Shown here piece after piece: positions 24,003 to 37,670 of a stretch of DNA of 40,367 nt. The notes below the pieces were generated by a model. That model was not told the origin of the DNA and did not search any database. It saw only the letters and a list, made by a program, of their open reading frames with translations. Position numbers and translations under genes: made by a program. This DNA is from Chiloscyllium plagiosum. Lineage: Eukaryota. The stretch is taken from positions 88,748,788 to 88,789,154 of the forward strand of contig NC_057719.1 in assembly GCF_004010195.1 (NCBI RefSeq), written 5' to 3'. The stretch's first letter is position 1, and each line of letters opens with the position of its first letter.

Positions 24003-25374
24003 CAGAAGATACAAAGTGATACTTAATTTGATCAGCAATCAATGAGCAAAACTGATGTTTCTCTAACATATCAATCACATAACATGGCAGCTTGTGAATG
24101 CCTGTTTAAACTTGCAGAAATTTACCCCATCAATAACCACTTAAACAAAGTAACAATTTAGGCCAAAGACTTGAAATGTTAATTCGGTTTCTATGTCCAC
24201 AAATGCCACCCGGATTGCTTTTACGGTATTTCCTTTGGACTCTGTGCCAGATTAAGTTAGAGATTTTAAAGATTTAACAAATTTGACAAATACACCAATA
24301 GCACAGCAGCATAATCCTCACAACAATATGAAATTCCAGCCTTGTATGCCTGGAACTTTTAATTCATTGGGGCATAATTCCAAGGGCAGTCAGCATTTGT
24401 CAACATAGCTATTATTCACAGTGAACACTGGACATGTACGTACGGTCTAGATTTGATGTGACATCAATAGCACATTTCAGAATATAGACTCAGTTATAAT
24501 CTGAAGCAGGAATACATGCTGGTCTTTCATTCCAAATCTAGGAGCCCTGAACTCATTATCACACTGCCACCATGTCAACAAAATCATTAAGTTCACTACT
24601 AAATATTTTCAAACAAAACCCTCATTCATCACTGATCCAAGCACAGATTAACTCTAACAGTGTATTTAAATCAAAGCTCTAAATGCTAGCAACTTTCTTT
24701 TCTTTTTCAATAACGCAACCCTCCCTCAATTATACAAAGGATGCATTACTCACAGATGAACTTAACATCAGGAGGAAATGCTGAGCAATACAAAGATCAC
24801 GTGCACCCCCTATGGTTCCAAACACTCAGTTCAGGCTTTCCAAAAAGCAGTTGCCACTCACAAGCAACTCACTGAATTCAACACATCAATCAAATTTAAT
24901 AATACTCTACAAGGGCCAATTTTTCCTCCCCTTCTTACTCATAAGGTTAATTTTGTGATTTTTTTTCGCTGCTGCTAATTCAATTTCCACATTTTAAGGG
25001 TTCACATGACCTACCCCTCCCAACATAGTTCTGCATGACACATCTGCATGATGCAAAGATTTCTGCATTATTTACCGACTATTTCACTTTATGAATAAGC
25101 CATCATATGGAAGATTAGTAACTTACACAATGAGAAGAATAGTGGGAGAAAATTCTCTTCAGCTGCAAAATAAAAAAATCATAAAACAGCACCTTTATAA
25201 CTTGTGGATGTCCCAACGCCCTTGGATAACCTTCTCCCATGCCATTGCCAAAAAGTATTAATCCAAGATTGCAACCATTTAATTAAGCATTTAGACCAGA
25301 TAAGACGAAGATGGCAGTTTTTTCTTCCCTAATTAGTAATTAGTGATACAGACGATTCTTTTTACCCAGAACCA

Positions 25375-25800
25375 TACAGCCATAGAGGTCTACAGCATAG
25401 AAAAAGGCCCTTTGGTCCATTGCGACCGTGCTGGTCCATAACAATCACATAACTATTCTAATCCCATTTTCCAGTACTTGGTCCATAGCCTTGTGTATGC
25501 CATGGCATTGCCAATGTATATCTAAATACTTCTTAAATATTATGAGAGTTTCTGCTTCCACCACTCCTAGAGGCAGTAAGTTCTAGAATTCTACCACTGT
25601 CTGCGTGAAAACGTTTTTCCTCACAGTGTTTTTCCAAAATCCCTTTCACTCCAACTTTGTTACTAACTTCTTCTGTAGGGCTTTACTGAAAGTCTTTTGG
25701 AAATCCGAATACAGCATGTCCAATGGTCCTCCTTTATCTACACTACAAGTAACAACCTCAAAAAACTTCTGGCAGTATTTTCAAACATTACTTCCCTTTC
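25375..25800 (-). mobile_element. CR1 3' end plus RT fragment
   Basis: Reverse strand VDKGGPLDMLYSDFQKTFSK and CR1 3' UTR. Confidence 0.75.
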
Positions 25801-25814
25801 ATAAATGCGTGTGT

Positions 25815-26592
25815 CAGGTCCACACCCCCCACCAACCCAACCTCCACTCCCGGCACATTCCCCTGCAACCGCAAGAAATGAAAAACTTGCGCCCACACTT
25901 CCCCCCTTACTTCCCTCCAAGGCCCCAAGGGATCCTCCCATATCCGCCACAAATTCACCTGCACCTCCACACACATCATCTATTGCATTCGCTGCACCTG
26001 ATGTGGCCTCCTCTATATTGGGGAGACAGGCTGCCTACTTGCGCAACGTTTCAGAGAACATCTCTGGGATACCTGGACAATCAACCCAACCACCCCGTGG
26101 CTCAACACTTCAACTTCCCCTCCCATTCCACCAAGGACATGCAGGTCCTTGGACTCCTCCATCGCCAGACCATAGCAACATGATGGCTGAAGGAAGAGCG
26201 CCTCATCTTCCGTTTAGAAACCCTCCAACCACAAGGGATGAACTCAGATTTCTCCAGTTTCCTCATTTCCCCTCCCCCCACCTTGTCTCAGTCCCAACCC
26301 TCGAAATCAGCACCACCTTCCTAACCTGCAATCTACTTCCTGACCTCTCCATGCCCACCCCCACTCCGGCCTACATCCTCACCTTCATCTCCTTCCACCT
26401 ATCGCATTTCCAACGCCCCTCCCCCAAGTCCCTCCTCCCTACCTTTTATCTTAGCCTGCTTGGCACACTCTCCTCATTCCTGAAGAAGGGCTCATGCCTG
26501 AAATGTCGATTCTCCTGCTCCTTGGATGCTGCCTGACCTGCTGTGCTTTTCCAGCAACCCATCTCCAGCATCTGCAGTCCTCACTTTCTCCT
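25815..26592 (+). mobile_element. Neptune-type PLE 3' part: GIY-YIG + pLTR with hammerhead motif
   Basis: IIYCIRC..CGLLYIGET...QRFREHL...HPVAQHF; hammerhead core at 26480-26508. Confidence 0.92.
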
Positions 26593-28420
26593 TACCGATA
26601 CTGTCATGAATAGATGCATCTGCAGCTGGCAGATTGGTAAGGACGGGGCAAATGAAGTTTTCCCTCTCGATGGTTCCATCTCCACAGGCTGCAGACTCAA
26701 TCTAATAGCTGTGTAATTTAGGACTTGACCACCTTGATCAGTAGTGCTACTGCTGAGCTACTTTTGGTCGTGGACATAGAAATCCCGCACCAAGAGTACA
26801 TTTGTACTGTTGCTAACCTCACTGCTTCATCCAAGTATTGTTCAAGATGGAGGAGGTCTGATACATCAGCTGAGGGTACATGGTAATCAGAAGTTTCCTT
26901 GCCCATATTCAAACCGATGCCATGAGATTTCATGGGGTCTGCAGTCAATGTTGAGCATTGCCAAGGCAACTCCCTCCCAACTGTACACTAAGTGCCACCA
27001 CCTCTGCTGGATCTGTCGTGCTGGTCGGGCAGGACATATCCAGGGATGGTGGTGGTGTTGCCTGGGACATTGTCTGCAAGGTATGATTCTGTCAATACAA
27101 CATGTCAGGCACCTTTTCCCATTTTGGCACTACCCTCCAGTAAGAACAACTTTGCAGGGTCAATGGAGCTGTTTCTTCTGGTGCCTATGTCAGTGCCAAA
27201 TGGTCCGCCTAATTTCATTTCTCTGTCAAGATTTCAAGGCGATTGACAAGCTTGTTAGGCATTTCATAGTGCAGTTGAGTGTCAACCATATTGCTGTGGG
27301 TCTGGAGTCACATGTAGGTCAGACCAGAAGGACATCAGTGAAGTAGATCGGCTTTTCCAACAATCATCAATTGTTTTACAGTCGGTCATCAGCAGATCCT
27401 TAACTTGTTTGTTTACGGAATCATCCATTCAGCACTTCTGGCTGTAGACTGTTGAAATGGCTTCAGCCTTATCTTCTGCACCGATGTTCTGGGCTCTTCC
27501 ATTATTGAGGATGGGGATATTTGTGGAACGTCCTCCTCCAGTGAGTTGTTTAATTATCCACCAACATTCACAACTGGACGTGACAGGAATGAAGAGTTTA
27601 GATCTGATCCATTGTTTGTGTAATTTTTCACTCTATCATTTGCTGCTTATGCTGTTTGACTCAAAAGTAATCTTGTTTGGTATCTTCACCAGGTTAACAC
27701 CTCATTTTAGGTAAACATGATCCCATTGCTGGCATGACTTCCTTCACTTTTCATTGAACCAGGGTTGATTCCCTGGCTTGGTGGCTATGGAGGAGTGGAA
27801 GATATGCCAGGGCATCAGGTTATGGATTGAAGTTATATCTAATTCTGTTGCTAATGGCTCACAGCACTTGTGGTTGCCTTTCTAAATGGAAGAGAGTTCT
27901 CTATTTTTAGCACAGTGGTAGTACCACACAACACAATGGAAGGTTTACTTAAAATGAAGGCTGGGATCTCATCTCCACAAGGACTGTGCAGTGGTCACTC
28001 TTACCAATAAAGGTGCATCCCTGGCAGGCAGGTTGGTAAATATGAGGTCAAGTATGTTTTCCTCCCTTGTTGGTTTCCTCACCACCAGATGCACACCAGG
28101 TCTAAATGGAAGAGAGTTCTCTATTTTTAGCACAGTGGTAGTACCACACAACACAATGGAAGGTTTACTTAAAGTGAAGGCTGGTGAAAACTTCACCAGC
28201 TTGCTTAGCAGTGATGTTGCAAACCCATGCTTGGTAGTGGGCAGACAGTATGTGGTAATCAGCAGGTTTCCTTGCCTATGTTTGAAGTTAGACCATGAGA
28301 CACCATGGTGTCTGGTGTTAATATTGAGGGCTCTGTAAGCAACTGCATCCCAACCGTATACCAATGTACCAACTGTCTGTCCTGTCATCGAGACACAGCA
28401 CATCCAGGGATGGTGATGGT
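26593..28420 (-). mobile_element. Rearranged fragments of an APE-endonuclease non-LTR LINE
   Basis: PTREENILDLIFTN, VSW..KHRQGNLLITTY, PSADVSDLLHLEQYLDEA motifs. Confidence 0.78.
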
Positions 28421-28607
28421 GCTGGTATTACATTGTTACTGTTGCGAAATCACATCACATACCGTTGCTGCACATCCAGTCCTCAACAGTTTTCCTGTAC
28501 GGCGTAAACTAAAACTGCTCAGTCTAGTCTTTGGAAAACATATTTTAATAGATTCCCCATTTTATCTCTTCAGCTCTCTCCTCCACCTTCTCATCCACAT
28601 CAACCAA

Positions 28608-29430
28608 AGAGGGGAAGAGGAGCAGAGCTTTAGTCGTTGGGGACTCCATAGTTAGGGGGACAGATAGGAAGTTTTGTGGGAATAAGAGAGATTCACGATT
28701 GGTGTGGTGCCTCCCAGGTGCCAAGGTTCGTGATTTCTCTGTTCGTGTTTTTAGGATCCTTGAGAGGGAGGGGGAGCAGCCCCAAATAGTGCTCCACATA
28801 GGCAGCAATGACGTTAGTAGGATGAAAGGTGGGGATCTAAGGAAGAAATTCAAGGAAATAGGATGGAAGCTTACAGCTAGAACAGAGTTGTTATCTCTGG
28901 TTTGTTGCCTGTGCCACGTGCTAGTGAAGCAAGGAACAGGAAGAGAGTGAGCTGAACATGTGGCTGCAGGGATGTTGCAGGAGGGTAGATTTTGGGCTCT
29001 TGGATAATTTGAGCTCTGGCTGGGGAAGGTGGGACCTCTACAAATTCGATGGTCTTCACCTGAACCAGTGAGTTACCAATATCCTTGGGGGGAAATTTGC
29101 TAATGCTCTTCGGCGGTGTTTAAACTAATGCAGCAGAGGGATGGGAACCTGAATTGTAGTTCCAGTGTACAGGAGGTTGAGGGTAGTGAGGTCAGGGATA
29201 GATTTACAAGGTTGCAAGAGGGCCCAGCACAAGGATGTTGATTTGAAATGTGTGTCCTTCAATGCCAGGAGCATTCGGAATAAGGTGGGTGAACTTGCAG
29301 CATAGGTTGTTACTTGGGATTTTGGTGTTGTGGCCATTTCAGAGACATGGGTAGATCAGGGACAGGAATGGCTGTTGCAGATTCCGGGATGTAGATGCTT
29401 CAGTAAGAACAGAGAAGATGGTAAATGGTA
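28608..29430 (+). mobile_element. CR1 5' region: ORF1 SGNH esterase and start of ORF2 endonuclease
   Basis: LVVGDSIVRG, CLPGAKV, LHIGSND, DGLHLN, then FNARSIRNK...AISETW. Confidence 0.93.
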
Positions 29431-29546
29431 AATTATGGTAAATCAATTTAAGAGTTTTTCCATTTTATTTCCATTTGATTAAAAATTAAATTATGAAGAG
29501 GTTTCTAAGCCATGTTATTTTTTGGATGATAATAATTCCAGCTGTT

Positions 29547-29915
29547 ATAGAATCATAGAATTTTATAGCACAGAAACAGACCTTTCGGTCCAACAAGCCC
29601 ATGCCAACTACATACCCCAAATTAATATAGTCACAACATGCAGCATTTAGCCTATATTCCTCTATTCATGTACTCATCCAAATGCCTTTTAAATCTTGTA
29701 ATTGTACCAGCCTCCACCATTTCCTCTAGCAGCTCATTCCATACACTACACTACCGAGTGTATGAAGAAGTTACTCCTCAGGTCCTTTTTAAATTTTTCT
29801 CCTCTCACCTTAAACTCTAGTTTTGGATTCACCTAACTTGGGAAAAAGATCTTGGCTATTCACCCTATCCATACTTCTCATGAGTTTACAAACCTCAATA
29901 AGGTAACTTCTCAGC
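29547..29915 (-). mobile_element. CR1 3' end
   Basis: Homologous to 38425-38840. Confidence 0.82.
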
Positions 29916-30789
29916 AGTTATGAAATAAATTTGAAAGAGATAAGGTTCAGTCATTGTATCCATTAAGTGTGAGTAAAGATAATGATTCAAAATTTTTAAA
30001 TATCAGATTAAGAATCTTTTGAAATGAACTGTAAGCTTTGTTTGACTAAGTTTGACAAATAACTTCCAGTATAAACAAGCAATAGTTGTATATTTCATAA
30101 CTCTTCTCTAAATGCTCAAGAACAAAATTAAAATCCATATTTGGGTTAGTTTGTCAGGCAGTTATGTAGCAAATGATTCTGGCAGTAGGTGAAGAGCAAA
30201 ACTCCAACTATAAATAGCATGAATAAAATTGAAACAAAGCATTAGTTCATTGACTATTTTAAGATTAATTCATCATTCTTTATTCCAATCACTTTGAACA
30301 TATTATGATAGCTGTGGCTACAGCAGTCCAACTACATAAACAGTGAAAGGGCTGTGATTTGTAGCAGACAAAATGCCGTGAACTTTTAAGGGAACACAAG
30401 AATCAACTTTCATGAGTGGAGATGAAATTGGGCTTGGTAGCACTGTTGTTTGGTCAGCACGGGTACTCAGAGACCAGAATGGTATCTGCTACATATTTAC
30501 ACCCTTCATCTCTGAATCATGCTGGATCAGCATATTGGTGAAGGCACAGCTAACATTATCAGTAGTTCAGGCAGCAGGTGGATCATGTCCATCAGCTTGC
30601 AATGCTAAGTTAATGTCAGAGCTACTACTTTGGAGATCAAAACTTTAATGAATACCCTGTCTCAAGTTCGAACAACTTTAAGAAGGGGCAAGGACACCAC
30701 TACCACCTGCCCCAATATCTGCCACACAGCTTTGTTTGAAAGGGATCATGAACTATTTACAAATCCATTTTTTTTCAGGCAGTCACAGT

Positions 30790-31890
30790 TAAAGAAATGT
30801 ACAGCATGGAAACAGATCCTTAAGTCCAACTAACCAGAAATCCTAAATTAACCTTGTCCCATTTGCTAGCATTTGGCCTATATCCCGCTAAACATTTCCT
30901 ATTCATATACCCATCCACGCCTTTTAAATGTTGCAACTGTATCAGCCTTTTAAATGTTGCAACTGTATCAGCCTCCACCACCTCTTCTGGCAGCTCATTC
31001 CATACACACTGTGTGTGAAAAAGTTGCCCCTCAGATCCCTTGTAAATCTTTCTCCTTGCATCTTATACCTATGCCTTCTAGTTTTGGACTCACTTGCCCT
31101 GGGGAAAAGACCTTCACTATTCACCCTATTCATGCACCTCATCATTTTCTCAATCTCTGTCAGGTCATCCCTCAGCTGTGGATGCTCCAGGGAAAACCAG
31201 TTCATCAGCCTCTCCCTATAGCTCAAAACCTCCAATCCTGGCAACATATTCGCAGAGCGCTTCAAAGAACACCTCTGAGACACCCACACCAATCAACCCC
31301 ATCGCCCTGTGGCTGAACACTTTAACACCCCCTCCCACATTGCCAAGGACATGCAGGTCCTGGGCCTCCTCCATCGCCACTCCCTCACCACCCGACGCCT
31401 GGAGGAAGAACGTCTCATCTTCCACCTCGGGACCCTCCAACCCCAGGACATCAGTGTGGATTTCACTAGTTTCCTCATTTTCCCTCCCCCCACCTTACTC
31501 CAGTTCCAATCTTCCAGCTCAGCACCATCCTCACGACCCATCCCATCTGTCCATCTTCCTTGCCACCTATCTGCTTCACCCTCCCCTCCGATCTATCACC
31601 TTTACCGCAATCTCCACCCACCTACTGCACTCTCAGCTACCTTTGCCCCAGCCCCACCGACCTCCCATTTATCTCTCCACCCCCAAGGCTCCCAGCCTCA
31701 TTCCTGGTGAAGAGCTTTTGCCCTAAATGTCGATTTTCCTGCTCCTCGGTTGCTGCCTGACCTGCTAAATTAAACTCCATCAAGATCCCATTGTACTCTG
31801 AGGTAATCTTCTTCACTGCCCACTACACCTCCAACTTTGGTGTCATCTGCAAACTTACTAACTATACCTCCTATGTTCATATCCAATTGA
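30790..31890 (-). mobile_element. CR1 3' end and RT fragment, split by a PLE
   Basis: LRDDLTEIEKMM..DLRGNFFT (30942-31240) and SKFADDTKVGG (~31830-31860). Confidence 0.85.
31248..31767 (+). mobile_element. Neptune-type PLE 3' end
   Basis: RFKEHL, EHFN, RRLEEERLIFHLGTLQP, and pLTR with degenerate hammerhead. Confidence 0.9.
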
Positions 31891-32029
31891 CTGCTGATTT
31901 CATGGTTTCAATTCCAGGTGTTCACAGATATGGTTATAACTCAATCATATTGCAGTTATTTGCTCCAAGTGCCTCTTCAATGAGCAGCTAGAGTGTCTCC
32001 TGTTTCCCATGCTCCACTCTTCTCTCTTC

Positions 32030-32540
32030 CTTAGGTAGTTTCTCAAGACTGAGGATGACTTTCTTACACTCTGAAGTTGTAGGTCCTCAGGTGACTAAAC
32101 TGTCCAGTGCAGATCCACACACCTTGATGTACATGGTATGTAAAAGGGCATGTAGTTGGGATGTTTACTTTTTCTCATGCTCCTTCTGCTGTTTGAACTT
32201 GACCTCCACCTGGAAATGCTCATAATGACACCTTCACAGATGCTTCTTCTACAGTTTGTGTGGTCTTGGCTATGACAGGCTTTGAGGGCATCCTTGAAAG
32301 ACTGTCCCTTTGGATACCAGCTGCCCTGACAGAATTTGGAGTAGGGAGCTTGTTTCAAAAGTCTTATGTCTGGCAAGTGTAGCCTGCCAACACAGCTGAT
32401 TGACAGAAACCCATGACCCAATAGTAGGGACGGTGGCATGAGTGAAGACACAGGAGTGCCGATTCAGCCAGTGGACCTGGAGCTGTGTTGTCCAGATTAT
32501 TCAAATAAGTTGCCCCTAAGCTGATGCTTGCTGTAGTTTT
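32030..32540 (-). mobile_element. Decayed RTE-clade LINE 3' fragment
   Basis: RLLKQAPYSKFCQG...FKDALKA...RRSICEG resembles the RTE/BovB C-terminus. Confidence 0.7.
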
Positions 32541-33418
32541 CTCAATATATGTTACAACTCCTGACTTGAATGAGAAAATTATTTGTTTAATGTACTACAA
32601 ACAAGAGTGTCGATTTTGTCAATATAGGTAAGGGAATTAATTACCAATTTACAATCATTTAATTTTTGAACATGTCTTCTCTGCAGACTATTTACAATAT
32701 TAAGGCCAAATTCAAATGTAAACTCAATGCGAAATGCCTCAACATTTTCACCAGTACGATACAGATGAGTGATTGCAGTTGGAGCAGAATATGGTTGTAT
32801 AAAAGAGCATTTTGTGTTTGGAAATCAGCTGCTATTTTCCAGAACATGGCAGGCATCCACATCACAGCTGCTTTATTCTGCAGTGCTGACATTACTTTAT
32901 AAGGCCAGATAATGTTCATTTGCAGCATCTCACGGATGAGCTATTGTAAAAGTAGATTAGTTAAAAACAATGTGCTCTTTTCTAAAATGGACACTCACTG
33001 TTTTATGTCTCTAACAATGTACCACAGTTTTGCACATTCAAATGACCTATGACAGGTTTGCTAACATTTCTTCAAATTCTACCCATTTTTAGAGGTAATG
33101 AGTCCTAATTTTCCAAAGTACAAAGAAAGATTTTGCCTCCTATTGAAAACAGCTTGATTTTTAAACTAGTATCAGATGATTATCCTCATTTTGCACATGG
33201 TGAGTCAGAGAATAAACTGAAATAAAAAAGGTAAGGAACAGGTTACAAGCCTTCTAAAAAACATTTAGGAAGGCATCTAGACAGAAATTCTACAGAGTTG
33301 ATTTACTTTCATATTTGAATGGGAATTTCACTCAGCATTCAACGGATGATGAATATCTTTGCACATATGAAACATGTTAAACATGTCTATGTCATATTAT
33401 CTGAACTTCTCATTTGTT

Positions 33419-33637
33419 TTAGATTAGATTAGATTACTTACAGTGTGGAAACAGGCCCTTCGGCCCAACAAGTCCACACCGCCCCGCCGAAGCACAACGC
33501 ACCCATACCCCTACATTTACCCCTTACCTAACACTACGGGCAATTTAGCATGGCCAATTCACCTGACCTGCACATCTTTGGACTGTGGGAGGAAACCGGA
33601 GCACCCGGAGGAAACCCACGCAGACACGGTGAGAATG
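33419..33637 (-). mobile_element. 5'-truncated HE1/V-SINE
   Basis: (TTAGA)n tail and part of the V-core. Confidence 0.88.
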
Positions 33638-33665
33638 TCTTTTTAAGACAACTGCACATGAAGAA

Positions 33666-33966
33666 TAGATTAGATTAGATTCCCTAGATTAGATTCCCTA
33701 CAGTGTGGCCCAACAAGTCCACACCGACCCTCCAAAGAGCAACCCACCCAGACCCATTCCCCTACATTCACCCTTGACTAACACTACGGGCAATTTAGCA
33801 TGGCGAATTCACCTAACCTGCACATCTTTGGACTGTGGGAGGAAACCCACCCAGACACGGGGAGAATGTGCAAACTCCACACAGACAGTTGCCCGAGGTG
33901 GGAATTGAACCCGGATCCCTGGCGCTGTGAGGCAGCAGTGCTAACCACTGAGCCACCATGCCACCC
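33666..33966 (-). mobile_element. HE1/V-SINE with intact Pol III A and B boxes
   Basis: Minus strand TGGCTCAGTGG (33945-33955), GGTTCAATTCC (33901-33911) and V-core GTGTGGAGTTTGCACATTCTCCCCG. Confidence 0.92.
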
Positions 33967-34829
33967 TAGTGAATAGTGAATAACTGAAAGGTAATTAATG
34001 AATAAACATTAATTGACTCAATGTATTATAATTCAGTAATAAGGAGCAAATGTGCAGAGGACAGTAATATTTTTGAAGGCAGCTAATCCTGATTCGGCAA
34101 ATAGCAAATGTAAAATTAATTTTGTATAAACAACTGTGAAGCCCACTTAAGTAGCCATCTTCAACTTCCTAGCAGCTTAAAAAAGCAAACATAACATTTA
34201 TTATATGAACAAAAAGAAATGTTCTCAGCTCTGTAATTATCTATGGTAATAATTCCTTCTGTAGAGGAATGGTCCTTGTTTAGGAATATAACACTCAATC
34301 TGGAATCAATTTTTAGATTGGGCACTTTGGTCATTTTGATGCAAATTCATCTTGTGGCAGTGGTAGTGTCTCTACTTCTGAGCCAGGAGACCTGGGCTGA
34401 AGACCCACCCATTCAGAAGTGCATAATAATAATCGTGATTATTAGAAACCATTATTAAATACCTTCATTTAGTTCCCTCAGCAATCACAGCAACGTCCTC
34501 CCCCAACCTTTTACATTGACTCAACCGACCACTACAAGGTTACAAGTCACCCAAATAGTAGTCCACATGACAAATCATGAAACAGACACTACAGGCAAAT
34601 TGATCATGTGTGTACAGCTTGCAGATACAAAATAGACAAAGTACGCAAGGTGACAACATTGTATAAAATCCACACAGAATCCTTAAAGATGAGTTCTCTT
34701 AAAAGCAAGGGACATTTCCTTTCCAAAAGAAAGCTGAACGTTTTACAATAAGTGAATCTATGATTTGCTTATAACAGTGACTTTGCCATTGATTTCCACA
34801 GTCATCAGTGACATTGTCAGTCAGTCCTG

Positions 34830-35060
34830 TTTGTGACATCACACAGAGGGTGGTACGTACATGGCTGCCAGAGGAAGTGGTGGAGGCTGGTACAATCGCA
34901 GCACTTAACAAGCATTTGGATGGGTATATGAATAGGAAGGATTTGGAGGGATATAGGCCGGGTGCTGGCAGGTGGGACTATATTGGTTTGGGATATCTGG
35001 TTGGCATGGACAGGTTGGACCGAAGGGTCTGTTTCCATGCTGTACATCTCTATGACTTGA
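34830..35060 (+). mobile_element. CR1 3' end
   Basis: TQRVV..LPEEVVEAGTI...HLDGYM plus 3' UTR. Confidence 0.87.
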
Positions 35061-35322
35061 TATAGCTCTTTGACATTAAAAATAATGGGTTTGTTAACAA
35101 ATCTTTAAGGATATCTTCCACGAGAGTGGATGCAATCACCAACTGAATAATTTTGTTTGCTAGTTCACTATCAGTACACAATACTCCAGACTTGGTCTTG
35201 CCAACTTCTTATAAAACTGCAGCAAAACATTCCTATTTTCACCTTCCGTTCTGCTTATCATAAATTACATTCCAATTATCTTCCTAATCATTTTCTGTAT
35301 CTGCACACTTTGGTGATACGTG

Positions 35323-36675
35323 AACAGAACCTCGATTATCCAAACAAGATGGGCAGGGAGTCTCAGGATGTGTTTTTCAGCAGACACACACATGTGTGTG
35401 TGTGTGTGTGTGTGTATATAAGGGACCTGCCGCATTGCTGATGCTGAAGCCTCTCTCTGCTGCTGCTTCACTTCAACAGGATTGGCCGAGTGGCGCTTAG
35501 TGAGTCTGCTCCCCGTTCAGGAGACTAGGCAGCAGCACAGTCGGTCAGTAAAGTGCTCCCCATGCCATTTGCTTTCAACTATCCACGTTTCCAGCCAATG
35601 GATGGAGTGATGTGGCAGGTGCCTCTTATCCTTTCTCCGTAATGGGACTCCGGAACAAAATGATGTAATGGAATGGAGATGGCAGCTGGACTGGACACCA
35701 ACAGTAAGACTGCTGCTGCCTTTTGGTGGGGGGGGGGGGGGGGGGGGGGGGGTGGGTCTCAAAATTGCGCGCGCACACATGTGCACACATCCAACTTTTT
35801 ACTGCAACCTTTTGACAAATTCCCACTCTGCTCTGGACAGGACAGAACAAGGACAATGTTGGAGAGGTTATCTGAGGAAGGGGGGTTTGTATGGTAGGGT
35901 ACACCCTGTGTATAACTCTGGGGGAGTTGTCTCCGTCCCAAGAAAGTCCCTACTGCTTGCTGTGACCTCCTGGTTAGACAGAGCCACTGTGTTATCTTAA
36001 AAAAAAAAGCACTTTTGTAAACTTGCCTCCTTTCAGATCTGGAGACTTCAAAGGTGCTGTTGAGAATGTGAAAAGTGCAAACCGAGCGAGGGAATTCCAG
36101 TCTCTGGTGTTTTTTTTTCCATTAGTTAGCTGCTCAGAGGCATGTGTCGAGGTGGTATGAACAGTTTTCACGTCTACCAGTTGCTACATTAGGTGACTGC
36201 TGCAAAGCGTGTGTGTGTTTTGAAAACATATCTTTAACACAGCTTCCCCTGCCCTGGGTTAGAAATGACAATTGAGAAACACACTTGTCTTTCAATGACC
36301 CAGACATAGTTTTTCAGGAATAATTAAAAATAAAACACTGATAACGAAAGATAACAGTTAATGTTTAGTGTTCTTGTGAGCTAGGATTGTTATTTTGAAA
36401 AACTGATTATCATTTTGTCTGTCTTCATTTGGAGAGAGAGCGAGAGAGAGAGGTCAGTCATTTGCAGATGGTGCCTGGGCTCCCATCGATGTCCAGGACT
36501 GTTCTGGCAACATTTCAGTCATTCAAATTAACTTTTAATCATTGTAAACGAAAACTGCGATCATCACACCAGTGTCAGTAACACCTCTTTGATGTAATGT
36601 TTTTACGGGACCTTGAGAACTTGCTTGGATAATCTGAAATTCGGATAATTGATGTCCGGATAACCGAGGTTGTTC
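35323..36675. mobile_element. Second Tigger/pogo-like non-autonomous element (degenerate TIRs; internal (TG)n and poly-G)
   Basis: AGAACCTCGATTATCC...GGATAACCGAGGTT; internal blocks homologous to 18593-20872. Confidence 0.8.
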
Positions 36676-36686
36676 TTTTTGAAACC

Positions 36687-37040
36687 CATATCTCTGAGGT
36701 ATCTCAGAGTTCTGTAGAGTCTCTCCATTTAAATAACATATTGATTTTGTATTCATCCTGCCAAAGTGGACAAGTTAACTTTTACACACATTATATTCCA
36801 TTGATCGATCTGTTTTGCCCACTCACACCTTAGGAAGGAGAATAAACTGTGAAGAGGACGTAAAGAATCTGCAAAAGGTTATTTGTTTATATATTTTTGT
36901 ATCATCAGCAAATTTAGCACCGTACATCCAGTCCATTCACCTAGGTTGTTAGTATAAATTATAAATAGCTGAGGGTGCAACACTGATTCCTATGGCACTC
37001 CATTTATTACATCTTTCCAACTAGATGATGTCCCATTTTA
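36687..37040 (-). mobile_element. CR1 RT fragments (mostly minus strand)
   Basis: Reverse strand GVP*ESVLHP...KFADDTK. Confidence 0.7.
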
Positions 37041-37099
37041 TTATTACCTGTATGTGTGCTGTTATCTTACTTTTGACAACACAAGCTCTGATTTGGCAG

Positions 37100-37670
37100 G
37101 ATAACTTCCCCTGCCATCGCAAGAAGGGCAAAACCTGCACCCACACCATTCCCCTGTCACCTCCGTCCTTCCTCATCTAACAGAAATTTACCTGTACCTC
37201 CACCAATGTCATCTACTGTATGCACTGCACCCGATGTGGTCTCCTCTACATCGGGGAGACAGGACACCACTGGGTCACCCGCACCAACCAATCCCAATGC
37301 CCGTGGCTGAACACTTCAACTCTCCCCCTGACTTCGCCAAGGACATGCAGGCCCTGGGCCTCCTCCATACACTTATCACCTGATGCCTGGAGGAAGAATG
37401 CCTCATATTGCGCCTTGGACCCTGCAACCAAACAGGATCAGTGTGGATTTCACCAGTTTCCTCATTTCCACCCCCCCCAATATTATCCCAATCCCAAGCC
37501 TCCAACTCAGCACTGCCCTCCTGACCTGTCCATCACCTTTTCCATCTATCTACTCGACCTTCCTCTCCGACCTATCACTTTCTCCCCCACCTTCATCTAC
37601 CTATTGCATTCTCAGCTCTCTTGCTCCTCGGATGTTGCCTGACCTGCTGTGCTTTTCCAGCACCACACTC
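37100..37670 (+). mobile_element. Neptune-type PLE 3' fragment with GIY-YIG
   Basis: VIYCMHCTRCGLLYIGET; the pLTR lacks the hammerhead segment. Confidence 0.88.

Noticed and set aside
25605..26536. Long Pro-rich ORFs (also 31094-31726)
   Set aside because: Off-frame reads of C-rich PLE 3' ends.
28463..28494. 32-nt candidate exon (tacag...gtatgt)
   Set aside because: No CCDC9 similarity, not frame-preserving, sits between TE fragments.
33895..33966. tRNA gene-like A/B boxes
   Set aside because: Head of an HE1 SINE, followed by V-core and tail.
35727..35752. Poly-G run and poly-Gly/Pro ORFs
   Set aside because: Simple repeat inside the Tigger-like element; length may be a sequencing artefact.
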